Positions 42,300-55,630 of a DNA stretch of 64,000 bases are shown piece by piece; the stretch's first letter is position 1, and each line of letters begins with the position of its first letter. Under the pieces are notes generated by a model that had not been told where the DNA came from, did not search any database, and worked only from the letters and a program-made list of their open reading frames with translations. A program made the translations under genes and the position numbers. The DNA is taken from the NCBI GenBank assembly GCA_964016885.1, contig OZ024745.1, positions 56,606,001 to 56,670,000 of the forward strand. The letters run 5' to 3'. The stretch is from Eledone cirrhosa (lineage: Eukaryota).

Positions 42300-43244
42300 G
42301 CGTGCGTGTCTGATTACTGTTTATATATATATAAATATATCAATATGGGTGTGTGCATGATCTAGGTTTTGTTGTATAGTTGGAGGGATGAAGCCTGTAG
42401 TCGACGGTGTCTTGTTTTGAACTCAAAATTGTGATTGTTAAATAGTGTTTCGAAAACTACTCAAAGCTATGCATTCAAACATATATTCTCCTCTCGTAGC
42501 TTATCCACTGTGAATCAAATTGCTAATTTCTGAATATGTATATAGACAATAAATATTCGATCGTAGTTTCTAATAGATCTCCTAGAAGTTTTTCCATAAA
42601 CAGCCACTGACTTTCAAATATGCATTTCGTTTTGCAGGAAATGAGTTTAAATGAAAATGTTTTATATTTATGTATCTATAATTTTTCGTCATATATTATG
42701 AATAAATTCCTTATTTCAACTGATGATAATATAGGCAGTAGAAAATAATTCTTTTAAAATATAATAAAAATATTTAGGTATTGAATCAGGTTGCTGAGCG
42801 CGAGAATGTTCATATGTGAGAAAAAAAAAAAAAAAAAAATGAACTGAGAGAGAAATTAAAATATTCTGTGGAAGATTGCAGCTAGGCAATGGAAGAATGT
42901 GAGATAACATTTGCATTTTCTGACATCTGTAATTATTTAAAATATATCTTTTGAAAGACATTCATTTTTAGATTAAAAAAAACATTTTAACTGAAAATCT
43001 ATTTAAAAGATATGTAACATTAAATAAACTTTCAATTATAACTAATAGTGAAAACACGTATAATTTATCAACACATTTGGTACGCTATTATACATTTTGA
43101 TTTTCTTCTACTGTCAACCCGTGATAATAATACCATTTACATTGCAATAATGATTATAATAGTAACAGTAATAATGATAATAATAATATTTAAATGAAAT
43201 AAAAAAAACAGAACAGCCAATGATATTACAAATATGTATATATA

Positions 43245-43288
<44 letters not shown>

Positions 43289-43370
43289 TATTTATATATA
43301 TCTAAATATATATATATATATATATATAGATAAGCATATGTATGTAAAACTTCTCTCTCTCTCTCTTCCC

Positions 43371-43422
<52 letters not shown>

Positions 43423-43621
43423 ATGTATGTGTGTGTATGCATATATACATTTCACAATGGCTGCACAATTCCAGGAAAACAATGGTCCTTTTGAGCTGGA
43501 ATTATAGCAATATTTTTAATATTTTCAAGTCAATTATTTTATTTCGTCCTTCATATTAATATGAGAATACAATGCACATTCACATATATACTACATACAT
43601 ACTCATTCGTACACATTCATC

Positions 43622-43661
<40 letters not shown>

Positions 43662-44485
43662 GGTGGGTATGTGTGTGTATATATATAGATGAGGTTCGTT
43701 AGTGTTTGTGTTTGTGTGTGTGATTGTGCTAACTCAAAATCATTGAATTTTATTCTGCCATTATGCTTTATAAAATAAATTGTGTGTTCCTTTAAATTTG
43801 TGTCAGATGAAAAAAGGAATTGATCTTCATTAAAAGGAACATTTTATGACAAAAATGTGTATTACTGATTAATTATTAGAATATAAGTTTGTTGTCTCTG
43901 TCCTATTAGTTTTATTTTGAATTATTTATACAATATCTAATTGTTTTAAGCAATTAAAATCATTTAAATAAAGGAGAAAATGCTTCTAGTCTTAGTGAAC
44001 ACTTAATGCAATTTTCGATCCTTCATTCCATATCTTAATGATAATTATTCCTGAAACATATGATAGCGTGTGTAGATTAATATATATGTTATTAATTTTG
44101 CTAACATAATATACTATGTTGTATCTGTTATTAGTTGTGTGATCAAAATATATCCTCCATTACTTAAATATGAAACCAGAATAATATTTAAGTACAATTA
44201 TATTGAAATGATTCACATTAGTTTAACGCTTTTGTTGGATGAATTTGTGTCCGTAAGTGTTTGAAACGGCATGATTTAGAGTCTGTCAATGTTATCACCA
44301 GATTTGTTCATGTCTGAAATTAGTCATTACTACATACATTAATGATGTATTTATGGTAAATTCCGATGAATTCGATGTTCCATATTAAGGGCTGTTCACG
44401 CGGAAGGTCGCGAACGCCGCTGTGTTACATGGTACATGGAAATATTCCCTTTAAATTAATATGTAATATATATATATATATATAA

Positions 44486-44715
<230 letters not shown>

Positions 44716-44755
44716 TGTATATATAAATATATATATATATATATATACATGTATC

Positions 44756-44786
<31 letters not shown>

Positions 44787-45168
44787 CTATCTATGTATAT
44801 ATATACATGTATCTATCTATGTATGGGCAAAATATCCTAAAGATATAATGCAAACCTATGATATAGTTGTGAATGTATGCATGCAACATTTACAGTGACG
44901 TCATTTGTTTTTAAATATAACTAAAACTGATAAGATAGTTGGAGATGGGTAGCCTTAGATACCGCTGACTGAGGAGATGAATGATGAAAAAGCTTCCCAA
45001 CCATGATCATCGCGCCTTTATCTATATTCAGGTACACACTTTTAAATGTCTACTTGCATATATAAGACGTTTGGTTTCAAAGAGATCTGGCCGTCCAGCG
45101 ACCACGCATAAACATCTTCTTTAGCACTACTTCCTTTGTCGGCGAGATATACTATAGTTTGTCATACC

Positions 45169-45275
<107 letters not shown>

Positions 45276-46011
45276 TATGTAATGTACTGGCAGATACAAT
45301 GGGCGTATGACATGACAGAATATTAATGAGATGAGTAATGGAAAAGTAACAATAATATTAATTGCAATTATCATATAAACATACAGTGATATGCGAGGTT
45401 TATTTTGTTGGACTTTATATGTATTATGGTTTGATATTTATCATCGTTTCGGTCTAACATGCGATTTGTACATTATACACACACATACACCCAAGCATAT
45501 GCGCACACATATTATATACATGCTACACACGGAAACACACCCATATATATATTTACAGTTATGCACACGCATACACATACAGCCGCACCCACATATACAC
45601 ACACACACCGTGTGGATGGAGTTTACCATTCTATATTTTCTTTTCTTTATGATCGTTTCTTCCAAAAATAGTTTAGCACAGAAAATCCTTTAATATCGTT
45701 GTGAATAGGGGCGATGAGTCAAAATGAATAAAAGATATGAATAAAACGTATTGATGAGTAAAATGCAAATTTACTTTCAGTTGTTGATGTTTTATTCGTT
45801 TATTTTCTTTTCTTTTGGTGGGGGCGGGGAGAGGACTTTTTTGTTTTCTTTTAATCTTTTTACAAGGCATTATGTCATAGGCTGCATTAAGGTATTCTGC
45901 CATCCTGCAATCATTTATTTCACCCATGAAATGCACTTAATTGACATATGATACTCCATATCATATGTTTCATAATATAAGAAATGTAGTACAAATTTTG
46001 TATTAGTGCCA

Positions 46012-47373
46012 TTATAATTTTGACTCACCATCAGAGGCTGTAGACCCGTTACCAACATGAACTAATGTTTGTCCTTGACTGTTGTATCGTACGATTGAAT
46101 CATTTGGAATACGAAGGCTGCATCGATTTGTCGGGGGTAATGTTGGATCGGGTCCATACTGTTCTGCATAGCTCTCCGATCGTAAGCGATTATTTATACC
46201 ACGACATCGACAGCATAATATCTCTCTAAATGGTGTTCGGAATTCCCGGTTAAAACGGGCGTATATTAAAGGATTCATGAAAGAATTGAAATAGCCTAGC
46301 CAAAGGAATATACTATTTACCACCGGGTGTATATGGCACTTCAGATCGAGGGTTTCACAGACCGGTTGAACAACAGCCAAGATAAAGAATGGTAGCCAGC
46401 AAGCAATGAAGCCCCCCATGATAACTCCGAGTGTTTTAGTTGCTTTCTTTTCCTTTGAGCTCGATATTTTATTTCTTTTCAACAGGAAAGATCTGATAGT
46501 AAATCTTCTCTTGTCTCGGCGATTTTGAGACAGCATTTCCTGACCACTATCATCTCCTTCTCTACCTGAATGTAGCGAACCGTTAGGGTATGTATGTACA
46601 TCACAACTACCACTAGAAGACTTAGGACGATTTGAGTACGGAATGGAAGGCTCAAGGCCCACCACTTGTGAATTAGCCTCGGCACGACTAATTCGATCAG
46701 AAACTTTCCATATTCTATAATAGACAATGATCATAATTGTACAAGGTAGATAGAATGCCCCAACAGTTGCATATATTTGATATCCGAGTTCCCGACTGTA
46801 ACCACATTCCAATGCCTCCTGCTGTGTTTTCCAGCCTAATAATGGCGGAATAGATATCAGAGCAGATAGTAGCCATACTATAGTAATGAGCAGCGCCATT
46901 CGCTTTGGTGTTCTCTTCAATGCATATCTTAGCGGTCGAGTAATAACAAAGTAACGGTCGACACTAATCATGCACAAGTTAAGAATTGAAGCTGTACAAA
47001 GCATTACATCCAACGATGTCCAAGCATCACAAAGTTCATCACCAAGATGCCACTCTTGCATAATTTCATAAAGCAGTGCTAGAGGCATTACAAATAATGC
47101 TACGAATAAATCTGACACAGCTAGTGAAACAATAAGAAAATTTGATGGTGTCTGCAATTTCTTCACCATGAAAACAGCAATGCATACTAACGAATTGCCT
47201 ATTATGGTACCCACGATGGTAAAGCTTAATATAAGTGATACTATCACGTGTGTCCATACGGATTGTGTCCCACTATCTCGCATATTCGTGAGCGAATCGT
47301 TGCTTCCATTTGGATGTAACGTTGTAGATGCCAGTGGAAGGCTTGTAGATGTGTCTAACTTCACTGCCACCAT
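46012..47373 (-). CDS. HTR7: Class A biogenic-amine GPCR, 5-HT7-like serotonin receptor (single coding exon, 453 aa)
   Basis: 7 TM segments with GN, LAVSD, TM3 Asp (LDVMLCTASILNLCMISVDRY), YQIYAT..AFYLP, KATKTLG, CWLPFF, LWLGYFNS..NPLIY. The TM3, TM5 and C-tail patterns match 5-HT7 receptors. Start context is GAAATGG. Confidence 0.9.
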   Translation of the reverse strand: MVAVKLDTSTSLPLASTTLHPNGSNDSLTNMRDSGTQSVWTHVIVSLILSFTIVGTIIGNSLVCIAVFMVKKLQTPSNFLIVSLAVSDLFVALFVMPLALLYEIMQEWHLGDELCDAWTSLDVMLCTASILNLCMISVDRYFVITRPLRYALKRTPKRMALLITIVWLLSALISIPPLLGWKTQQEALECGYSRELGYQIYATVGAFYLPCTIMIIVYYRIWKVSDRISRAEANSQVVGLEPSIPYSNRPKSSSGSCDVHTYPNGSLHSGREGDDSGQEMLSQNRRDKRRFTIRSFLLKRNKISSSKEKKATKTLGVIMGGFIACWLPFFILAVVQPVCETLDLKCHIHPVVNSIFLWLGYFNSFMNPLIYARFNREFRTPFREILCCRCRGINNRLRSESYAEQYGPDPTLPPTNRCSLRIPNDSIVRYNSQGQTLVHVGNGSTASDGESKL

Positions 47374-48285
47374 TTCCTTTGTTTTAGGTTTATATTCTAT
47401 CCAACGAATTTGTTCTTCAATAGTCGAACATTTGCGTGAATTGAAGACGCCTGTTTCACAGTGTCACATTATGACAGGGATTTAGGGCATAATATTTGTG
47501 AAATATTTGTTTTTGACATGGATATAAATAAATCAATACATTGAAAACATTGATAGTATTCAAGTGACGGATTCTTTCAATGAAGAAAATAGCTTTGATC
47601 CAAGCGTTCGGAATTTTGAAAACATGGCTCCGGAATAATGTTTCTATACGTATTTGAACCTAAGAGAAATATATACAAAGCATATAAAATATCAGTTTAT
47701 ATGCTCGTTTCAGATTTATTTATTGTATATTTGGATAATTTACTTTTCAGCTATCGACATCAAATTCATAGACGGGCCTTTCCATAAAAAACCTGTTTGC
47801 ATATTAGTATATATGTGTACCATACATGTCCGCACATACTTATATATGTTCTTGCTGATATATATATGTTTATCGGAAATTTTGTCTGTGCATATAATGC
47901 ATTTCATATTCATGGAGTTCGTTTGAAATCCTCATGCATGGTGTTTAGCATTACCTAGGGTTACGTCATTTCCCTTCAAATGTATTTTTCCTTATAATTT
48001 TCATTGGTATAGGAGTTGTGTTCTCCTGTTCACATTCTATACGGAAAGATGAACGGAATTATTTAGGAGATATTTGTTTCCAATGGTAATGCAACGTAAC
48101 GAAATAACAATTTGTTTATACACAGTCAGGTCCTCATCTATATTGTTTATATATTGACTGTTGTTGATTTCATTTCGTTATGATGAGTCCCATACTATTA
48201 CCGATTGCGCGACAGTATTTTTCATGTAAACAGCTGTTTCAATCCAGTTTTGCACCAGCTTCCTCAATAGGTATATAGCCACATT

Positions 48286-48320
48286 CTGAAAAGAATAAAA
48301 TAGAAACTTTTAAATTTCAG
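48286..48320 (-). promoter_or_regulatory. Candidate 3' splice acceptor for the receptor's coding exon
   Basis: Minus strand TTTCTATTTTATTCTTTTCAG|AATG at the boundary between unique sequence and repeats. An alternative acceptor TTTCTCTTAG|G lies at about 47660. Confidence 0.45.
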
Positions 48321-48480
48321 AGAAGGAAAGAATACATTTTATTACGTTGGTGTATATAACCGATCAACTAAAACTAATACCTGCATATATATATGTTTAT
48401 TTTTATTTTTATTTGTTCTCCTTCCCCATTTTTTCTAAATGTATTGCCAGACACCCTCTGAACTCGCTTCCAAACCTATT

Positions 48481-48516
48481 TACTCCTGAAGAAGGGCTTA
48501 TGCCCGAAACGTCGTC
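48481..48516 (+). ncRNA. Minimal Penelope-type hammerhead core
   Basis: CTGAAGA-a-GGGC ttat GCCC-GAAA-CG-TC with AATAAA about 35 nt downstream, then (TA)n. Stem I is weak. Confidence 0.55.
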
Positions 48517-48596
48517 CACCCCCCCAACTCTCAAAAGCGTGAACCTAATAAACCTTTATTTGTCTGCCTCTGGTTTGTTCCCGTATAAATTTGCAC

Positions 48597-48652
<56 letters not shown>

Positions 48653-48675
48653 TATATATAATATACATATATACA

Positions 48676-48732
<57 letters not shown>

Positions 48733-48798
48733 TTATACATATATACATTTTTATATATATATACACACATACGTACACACACACACACACACACACAC

Positions 48799-48847
<49 letters not shown>

Positions 48848-48929
48848 AACGCTATTATTAGGCAAATGTTGTATAACTCTAATTTTCCAACGTAGAGAAA
48901 ATTATTTTCTCTAACGACAAGAAAATAGG

Positions 48930-49510
48930 TAAACGAGCGCTCTTATATATGCTAACACGTATAATAGTATCATGAAATGTAAGTACTAATAAGCCAGATT
49001 TGCGAATGCTTATTATCCACATCCTCATTAACCAAGCTTCTCTGGTATTGGCCTTGTAGTGATTTGTCTTGACCTTCACTGTAGCATTGCATACTGGAGA
49101 TTTGTTTTCCATTAAGATGTTATCTGTCTTACCTGTATTGGTATTTTATTTTGTTTCCATTTTTCTCATCATATATATTTAATGACTTACAGTATTTAAT
49201 TAATTATAGGTGTCTTTTTTGTATAATACCCCATACTTCGATGTGTCCGTAGTAGCTATAAGTGTTGTACATCTGATTTTGGAAGGCATATTTTATATGC
49301 GGTTAATATTTTTCTTGTTTCTCCGTCTCGTCCTCCTAATTATTTTAGTGCCCGATATTAAATCTGTAGCTTACTACTGATATCTCTAGAATACTGACGT
49401 TAAATAGCTATGTTGTTTCATTTCGTTTGTTTTATATAGTAATCATTTCCATCTATAGTATCCCTTTCTAATTTTTATTTTCTATTGTGTGTGGTGAACA
49501 CTGTCTACTT
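48930..49510 (-). mobile_element. Degenerate R4/Dong-like fragment
   Basis: Frameshifted similarity to the IDTK.RK.LT...HPK.DV region of the 2884-4605 element. Confidence 0.4.
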
Positions 49511-50249
49511 TATTGTTCCATATTTATTTTATTTGTGCACTAAATAGGAGCTAAATTGACAACATGGGCAATAGGTTCCCCGTAGCAAAGAACCTTGTTG
49601 TAGATCAAATCGTCACGCATTAGTGGTTGCGGAGTTCTGTGCTGAATTCAGAGAGCCGGGGGTTCATTGTGGCTGCATAAAACCAGTGTCTTTCAAAGAA
49701 CAACTTTCATAGTAATATCATCAGAAATATCTGATCTAAAGAATCAATGTTGCACTGTGCTAGCTGAGACCAATAACCAGCTGGTTTTACGCTGCAAATT
49801 ATTAGCTCCCTCTAAGTGTAAGCCTAGTAATGTTAGTGTAAGAAAATATTAGGATTGAGTAATATGCAGGTTTTGTGGCATAAGCCAGAGAGAAGCTAGT
49901 ACTAGTATCACGATGATACAGTAACAGGAGAAAATAATGTTTACTGTGAACTCCCTCAAAATTATTAAAGTCAAGAGTCCCGATATAATTGTGGAGGACC
50001 ATAAAAAGTGAACATGCTTCTTAGTTGACCAACGTTATTAAGATTTGATGAATATCTCATCAGATCTTAATAACGTTGGGAAAGACTTACTAAAGCTCAG
50101 TGAATATAATTGTCTTATAATTGAAATTGAGAGAAGTGGCATCTTGAAATAAAACCAATGAAATATCGTTTCCTCGTCAGTTTTTTTAGCTATATTTTGT
50201 TTTGTTGAGGGCTAGAATGACAAATATGAGTGCAATGCAAACTATAAGA

Positions 50250-51250
50250 GGGGAAGAGGAATAACCTTGCATAATTCCACTGTAAGACCTATGTTGGTGG
50301 ATTTTCCAGTTCTATCAGGGTGTGATTGTAATAGCTTTGAATTCCATAGAGGCATCATGTATTTCAGGAAGTTTGATGTTGCTGGGAAAATAAGCACTAA
50401 TAATAATAATAAAACCCGTGGAATTGAGGCCGTGAAAGCAATAATTGGATAATTGGAACCTGATATAAAAAATGGTAGGAGATTATATATGCAGAAACAA
50501 CGCCAATGGATAGGAAATATGAATGAATTAAAGAAAATGTGAAAAGGACACAAAACTCACACTGCGGATACAAATTAAGAAATAAATTGAAATGATGAGG
50601 GGAGAAATATCGATCTTGGATGAAATATGCTATTAAATCTGTTCCGTCAAGATAATGAAGGGAGGTAATTAAAAATTACAATATTACTTCAAAACTTGAC
50701 ATTCCATCAATCAAGCAAAGAAAATATGAAACAGAAAGAACAGCCGAAAGCTCAAATAAACAGAGGATTTGAAAATGAAATATGCGTCACAGGCAAAAGA
50801 AGCTGTTTATATTAGATAGAAAAAAAGTTTTAAGAGAGAAGTTGAGATGTAGATAATTCGATAATTCAAGAAAAGGGATCTCTTTCAATTCATGAGATTC
50901 GAGAATCTGTAAAACAGTATGAAGTACAGAAAATTCTCATAAAGCAAATGTAGAATGGATAAAGAAAGTTGAAAAATCGTACAATAATTTAAAAAGCAGA
51001 CATGGCAAAACATAATTATGGATGAGCTTGAATTAGCAATACATAAACCCAACAAATGGAAATCTCCTGTCATTACTGAAGTGCCAAAATTCTTGTTAAC
51101 GTATCTAACATTTAAAAAAGATACATTAGTAAAATTTTATAACGAAATTATAAACAATCCTGTGAAAATAGCTAATTGATTTGTACAAGGTATAACATAT
51201 CTCTAACTCAAAACAACAGAAATATATATTCCCAAAACCTGATCATCACA
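50250..51250 (+). mobile_element. Degenerate R4/Dong-like pre-RT fragment
   Basis: Hand translation ELAIHKPNKWKSP...PKF resembles the NWKSPG.D...FW motif. Many stops. Confidence 0.4.
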
Positions 51251-52194
51251 TTAGGAAACACGTCCTTAATTATTGTTTAAAAAAGAAAAATGTAGATTCG
51301 GCTGCTATAAAGACATGCCAGCGACTCGCAAAACGGTTGGAACAAAAGTACAAACATCAGTGACTGAAGCAGACAGTAGCTATCTCCTTCCTGACTAAAG
51401 TCCTGTTACATCTAGATCATCGATATGCAAATACAACGTTGATATAGAAATGTTGGGGAAGAATGAAAATGAGAGAAGAAAGAAGACCTACCAGATGTTT
51501 TAAAACTTTCACATGAACGTGGAACATATCAATTAACACTTCGATAAACTGAATATCCAACTGATGGCAAACTTATGGAATTTGCTGCATTATGTGCATT
51601 CATCCTCGTAATGTATTTATGCAGAGACTACAATGCAACCTAGCATTATCAACATTTCTAATGTTTTCAAAAACGCAAACATTTCTATGTCATGAAACGT
51701 TTTTGACGTTATAACCCAAACTATTTCTTATAACAGGTTTAGAACGCAGGGATCGTCTATTAAAATGTGTGTACATTAGTGCTAAAGCGTTTATCAGCAT
51801 AACAACAACATTAAGATAAGATCTACATTAACCTAAATGAACGATTATGAACACAAGCTGCGGCATCTGGAATATAAACTATTTAAAACTATAATAGACT
51901 GAAAAATCACCTTTTACAAATGTTAATGGAAGATGTGGTAAACAAATCTGTTACATGATATGATGTATGGAAGTGGGTATCAATGTATATATCATGTATG
52001 TATGCGTATTTATGTATGTATATGTGTATGTATGTATGTATTTAAGTGTGTATGTATTTAAGTATGCATGTATGTACGTGTGCTTGTATGCGTGTATTCA
52101 TTTATGTATTATATATGTATATACGTATTTTGTATGCAAGTATATATGCATGTATGTGTATATATACACATTGTGTGTATATATATATATATAA

Positions 52195-52373
52195 AATCAA
52201 GGAAGTGTGGTAAGGAACCAGATGGACCATAACGCACCAGTGTACTCAATACTTTGGGTAGTAGAGTGGTAATAGGAAAATATTTAACCGCGACGGCAGA
52301 GCTCAAGCCGTTTTGACGGCTATACAGCTGTCGAAACGGCTTGAGCTCTGCCGTCGGGGTTAAACATTTTCCT
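52195..52373. mobile_element. Penelope-like fragment family P1 ending in a ~50-bp-stem palindrome
   Basis: Segment A followed by segment B and the reverse complement of B (52273-52373). Flanked by (TA)n. Confidence 0.65.
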
Positions 52374-52415
52374 ATATATATATATATATATATGTATGTA
52401 TACATATATATATAT

Positions 52416-52449
<34 letters not shown>

Positions 52450-52511
52450 GTATACATACATATATATATATTTATATATATATATGTATATATGTATATA
52501 TATATATATAT

Positions 52512-53260
52512 CAAGTAAGTATGTTTTGAAACAGTGAGCAGGTTTGAAAATAGAAAAGCTTTCACCGTATGTTTGACTAAATACATTTTAACCTGATAAT
52601 GGGGTTTAGAAACCTCAGATAAATGGAAAAAGATGAGTATTGACGTACATGGGAGTCGAACCCATGTACTTTGGTTATCCAGACCACTGTGCTAGCATTA
52701 TACCAGCACATCACCCATCTCCTTTCTTTCAAATTAGAGGCTACATTCTTAACGAGTATAAATGACAAGTAAGTATGTTTTGAAACAGTGAGCAGGTTTG
52801 AAATTAGAACATAGAATAGCTTTCACCGTATTTTTGACTAAAGAAATGTTAGCCTGATAAAAGGGTTTAGAACCCTCAGATAAATGGAAAAAGATGAGTA
52901 TTGACGTACATTGGACCCACATCTTTGGTTACCCAGACCACTGTGTTACCATTACACCAACACATCACCCGTCTCCTTCCATTCAAATTAGAAGCTATTT
53001 TCTTAGCTAGTATAAATGACAAGTAAGTATATTTTGAAACAGTGAGCAGGTTTGAAATTAGAAAATAGAATAGCTTTCACCGTATTTTTGACTAAAGAAA
53101 TTTTAGACTTCAGATAAATGGAAAAAGCACAGTGGTCTTGATAACCAAAGATGTGGGTTCGACTCTCATGTACGTCAATACTCATCTTTTTCCATCTATC
53201 TGAGGGTTCTAAACCCCATTATCAGGCTAAAATGTCTTTAGTCAAAAATACGGTGAAAGC

Positions 53261-53263
<3 letters not shown>
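52512..53263. repeat. ~255-bp tandem repeat (about 2.4 units) plus an inverted partial unit, between (TA)n tracts
   Basis: Units start CAAGTAAGTATGTTTTGAAACAGTGAGCAGG at about 52512, 52767 and 53020. 53126-53263 is an inverted piece. Confidence 0.9.
52641..52712 (-). tRNA. tRNA-like cloverleaf (pseudo-tRNA or Pol III unit) inside the tandem repeat
   Basis: GATGTGC/GTACGTC acceptor stem, TGGTATAATG A-box, TGGT-CTGGATA-ACCA anticodon arm, ATGGG-TTCGACT-CCCAT T arm. TTTTT about 10 nt downstream. Confidence 0.55.
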
Positions 53264-53335
<72 letters not shown>

Positions 53336-53459
53336 TATAATTGCGAGATGACAACGAAATACTCGGTCTGGTGCTCGAGTGGCTGGTCTGTTTACAGGGT
53401 GTGAGGGACCCCTAGATCTTGCTACGCTATCATTCTAATTGAAAGAAAACTCATACGTG

Positions 53460-53496
<37 letters not shown>

Positions 53497-54139
53497 GGGG
53501 TATAACATTTAATACAAAGATAGGTTCTTGATTTATCAAACTATCAGTAGGATCTAGGTCTCTTCGTTGTCGCCGACTGATATTTGACGATCTACTCAAA
53601 CGAAACCTGAAAAGAACAAGTGTTTATGTGCAGTCATCTGAAAATGTAGCGAACTCACGTCGATCTTGGAAATGCACCAGCCTGAGAGCAGCGAAACAAG
53701 CACAGAAGATTCCGATCGAGTTGCCGAGGAGAAAAACAGCCACGCGTAGCATCTGCCAATAAATGTTCCTCATACTGTAGAGATTGTCACTCAACATCGG
53801 CCTATACATCCACATCAGGCTGTGACAACATTTCTAGCGCAGTTATCATCTCACGAGACGGATGGAGGTCAAAATGTATGTATGTATGTATGTATGTATG
53901 TATGTATGTATGTATGTATGTATGTATGTATGTATGTATGTATGTATGTATGCATATATGTATAAGCTTATATATAGACGGATAAAGCGAAAAATAAACG
54001 GAGAGAAAGAGATCCATAAGAAACACGAAATAGCTTCTTCAAAGCAAATTGAATAAATAACATATTGGAATGGAGACTTCAGCATTGATCCCTAAATGTA
54101 ATCACTGATATTTGAAATATTATCATTCAATATATACAC

Positions 54140-54392
54140 AGAGGAGACTGAGATTAGCTGGACATGCTCAACGACATCCAGATTTGACACTACACTCAGT
54201 GTTCCTGTGGGACCCCTGCATGGACACACTGGAAGAGGAAGACCGAAGTTAACATATGTTGATGTCCTAAGAACATACACTGGTCTGTTGGAGACGCAGG
54301 ATATGGCAGCGATAATGAAGGACAGAGACCGCTGGAGAGAAGGTTCATGGATCAGAGATCATGGATCTCTGGAATTTTACCTGCCCTAGATA
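54140..54392 (+). mobile_element. RTE-clade 3' fragment, paralog of 12170-12417
   Basis: LAGHAQRH...GRGRPKLTYVD...DRDRWR. Confidence 0.8.
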
Positions 54393-55469
54393 CACAGATA
54401 TACAAAAGCTGAAGACCTATTGCCAATTTTGAGACGCTATATCAGGTATATTAAACATTTTAATATAGGAGTATTGATACAATGAAAAACAATCAACCTC
54501 TGTTTTTAGTAACAGAATATGTTTCAAATAAATATAGTGTGCTATGAAGAATAACGATGTTTATGACTGGTGCTGTATTGATATTGAATAAAGTTTCAAT
54601 CTTATGTAATAGAAATTTTAAGTGCTGGTGTAGAAATTGCACTGAAGCTGAGAGTTGTAAGTATATTTCATCGGAATTCCTACAATATACTTTAAATTAC
54701 GGCTTTAATTTACGGCTTTAGTAGGTTTTTTTTAAACAATAATTTATATTGTACACAATAATATCAATATCCTTCATATTAAGCAGACAGTCTCTATTGA
54801 ATTACAAGAATTCTTGTTTTATTCCATGCTAATCATCGGCTAATTTTTTATACTGATATGATATAATATTAAAATAATAATATAATGTTGAAATAATAAT
54901 ATGGTCAGTCTAGAGAATTTTTATGGTAAATACTGTATATAAGGCCAGATATAGAAATAAGTAGTAATTATTCATACGCAATTTCATAAAATCGAAACAG
55001 CAGGTTGCGTCTCATAATTCAAGGTGCATGCCACATTCTAATGACTAACAATAAATTAATATGGATTATCAAATTTTAGTGTAGCAAAGAAAATATACTA
55101 TACATGTAAATAACACAAAATAATTTCATCAGGATTTAATACGATGTGGGTATAGTTTGACTACAGAATATAATGTATACCTTTGTATTGTGAAGCAATA
55201 AACATATCAATTTATCCTTTGCATTCTGTATTTATATATAGTTACCTATTTTGAAAAGTATATTCACTTTAAAACATGTCGATGTAAAAGCCATAATTTG
55301 ATATGCTTGATATAAAGTATGTATAGCCGCGTAGTGGACTCCATAATGAAGTATTACGTTTCTAGGGCACTTTTACACCTGGCGTAGCCCATGTCTTCTC
55401 CGGAACTAAATGCAGCAGATTTCTTCCAGAGTATGATAGAGAGTGAGAGAAAGAAAGGAAGAAAGAGAT

Positions 55470-55630
55470 AGAATTGACCTAAGTTCTAGACTGGTACTTT
55501 TTGATTGACCTTAGATGGATGAAAGGCAAAGTTGACTTCAGCGGGATTTGAACTCAGAGTGCAGAGAATCGGAATGAATACTGCAAAACATTCTATCCGA
55601 CGTCGTAATAACTGTGTCAAGTCACCACCC
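55470..55630 (-). mobile_element. Diverged SINE related to family A
   Basis: GGATGAAAGGCAAAGTTGACTTCAGCGGGATTTGAACTCAG. Confidence 0.7.

Noticed and set aside
46012-46023. C-terminal SKL as a peroxisomal targeting signal
   Set aside because: PTS1 imports soluble matrix proteins, which is implausible for a 7-TM receptor. A PDZ ligand is more likely.
52590-52626. Hammerhead-like CTGATAA-stem-GATA in the 255-bp tandem unit
   Set aside because: Two essential core positions deviate without compensation in all copies, and no stem I or III can be drawn.
53457-53606. Possible upstream non-coding exon of the receptor (TTCTTTTCAG acceptor, GTATGA donor on the minus strand)
   Set aside because: It would include a TA microsatellite, such motifs are common in AT-rich DNA, and there is no transcript evidence.
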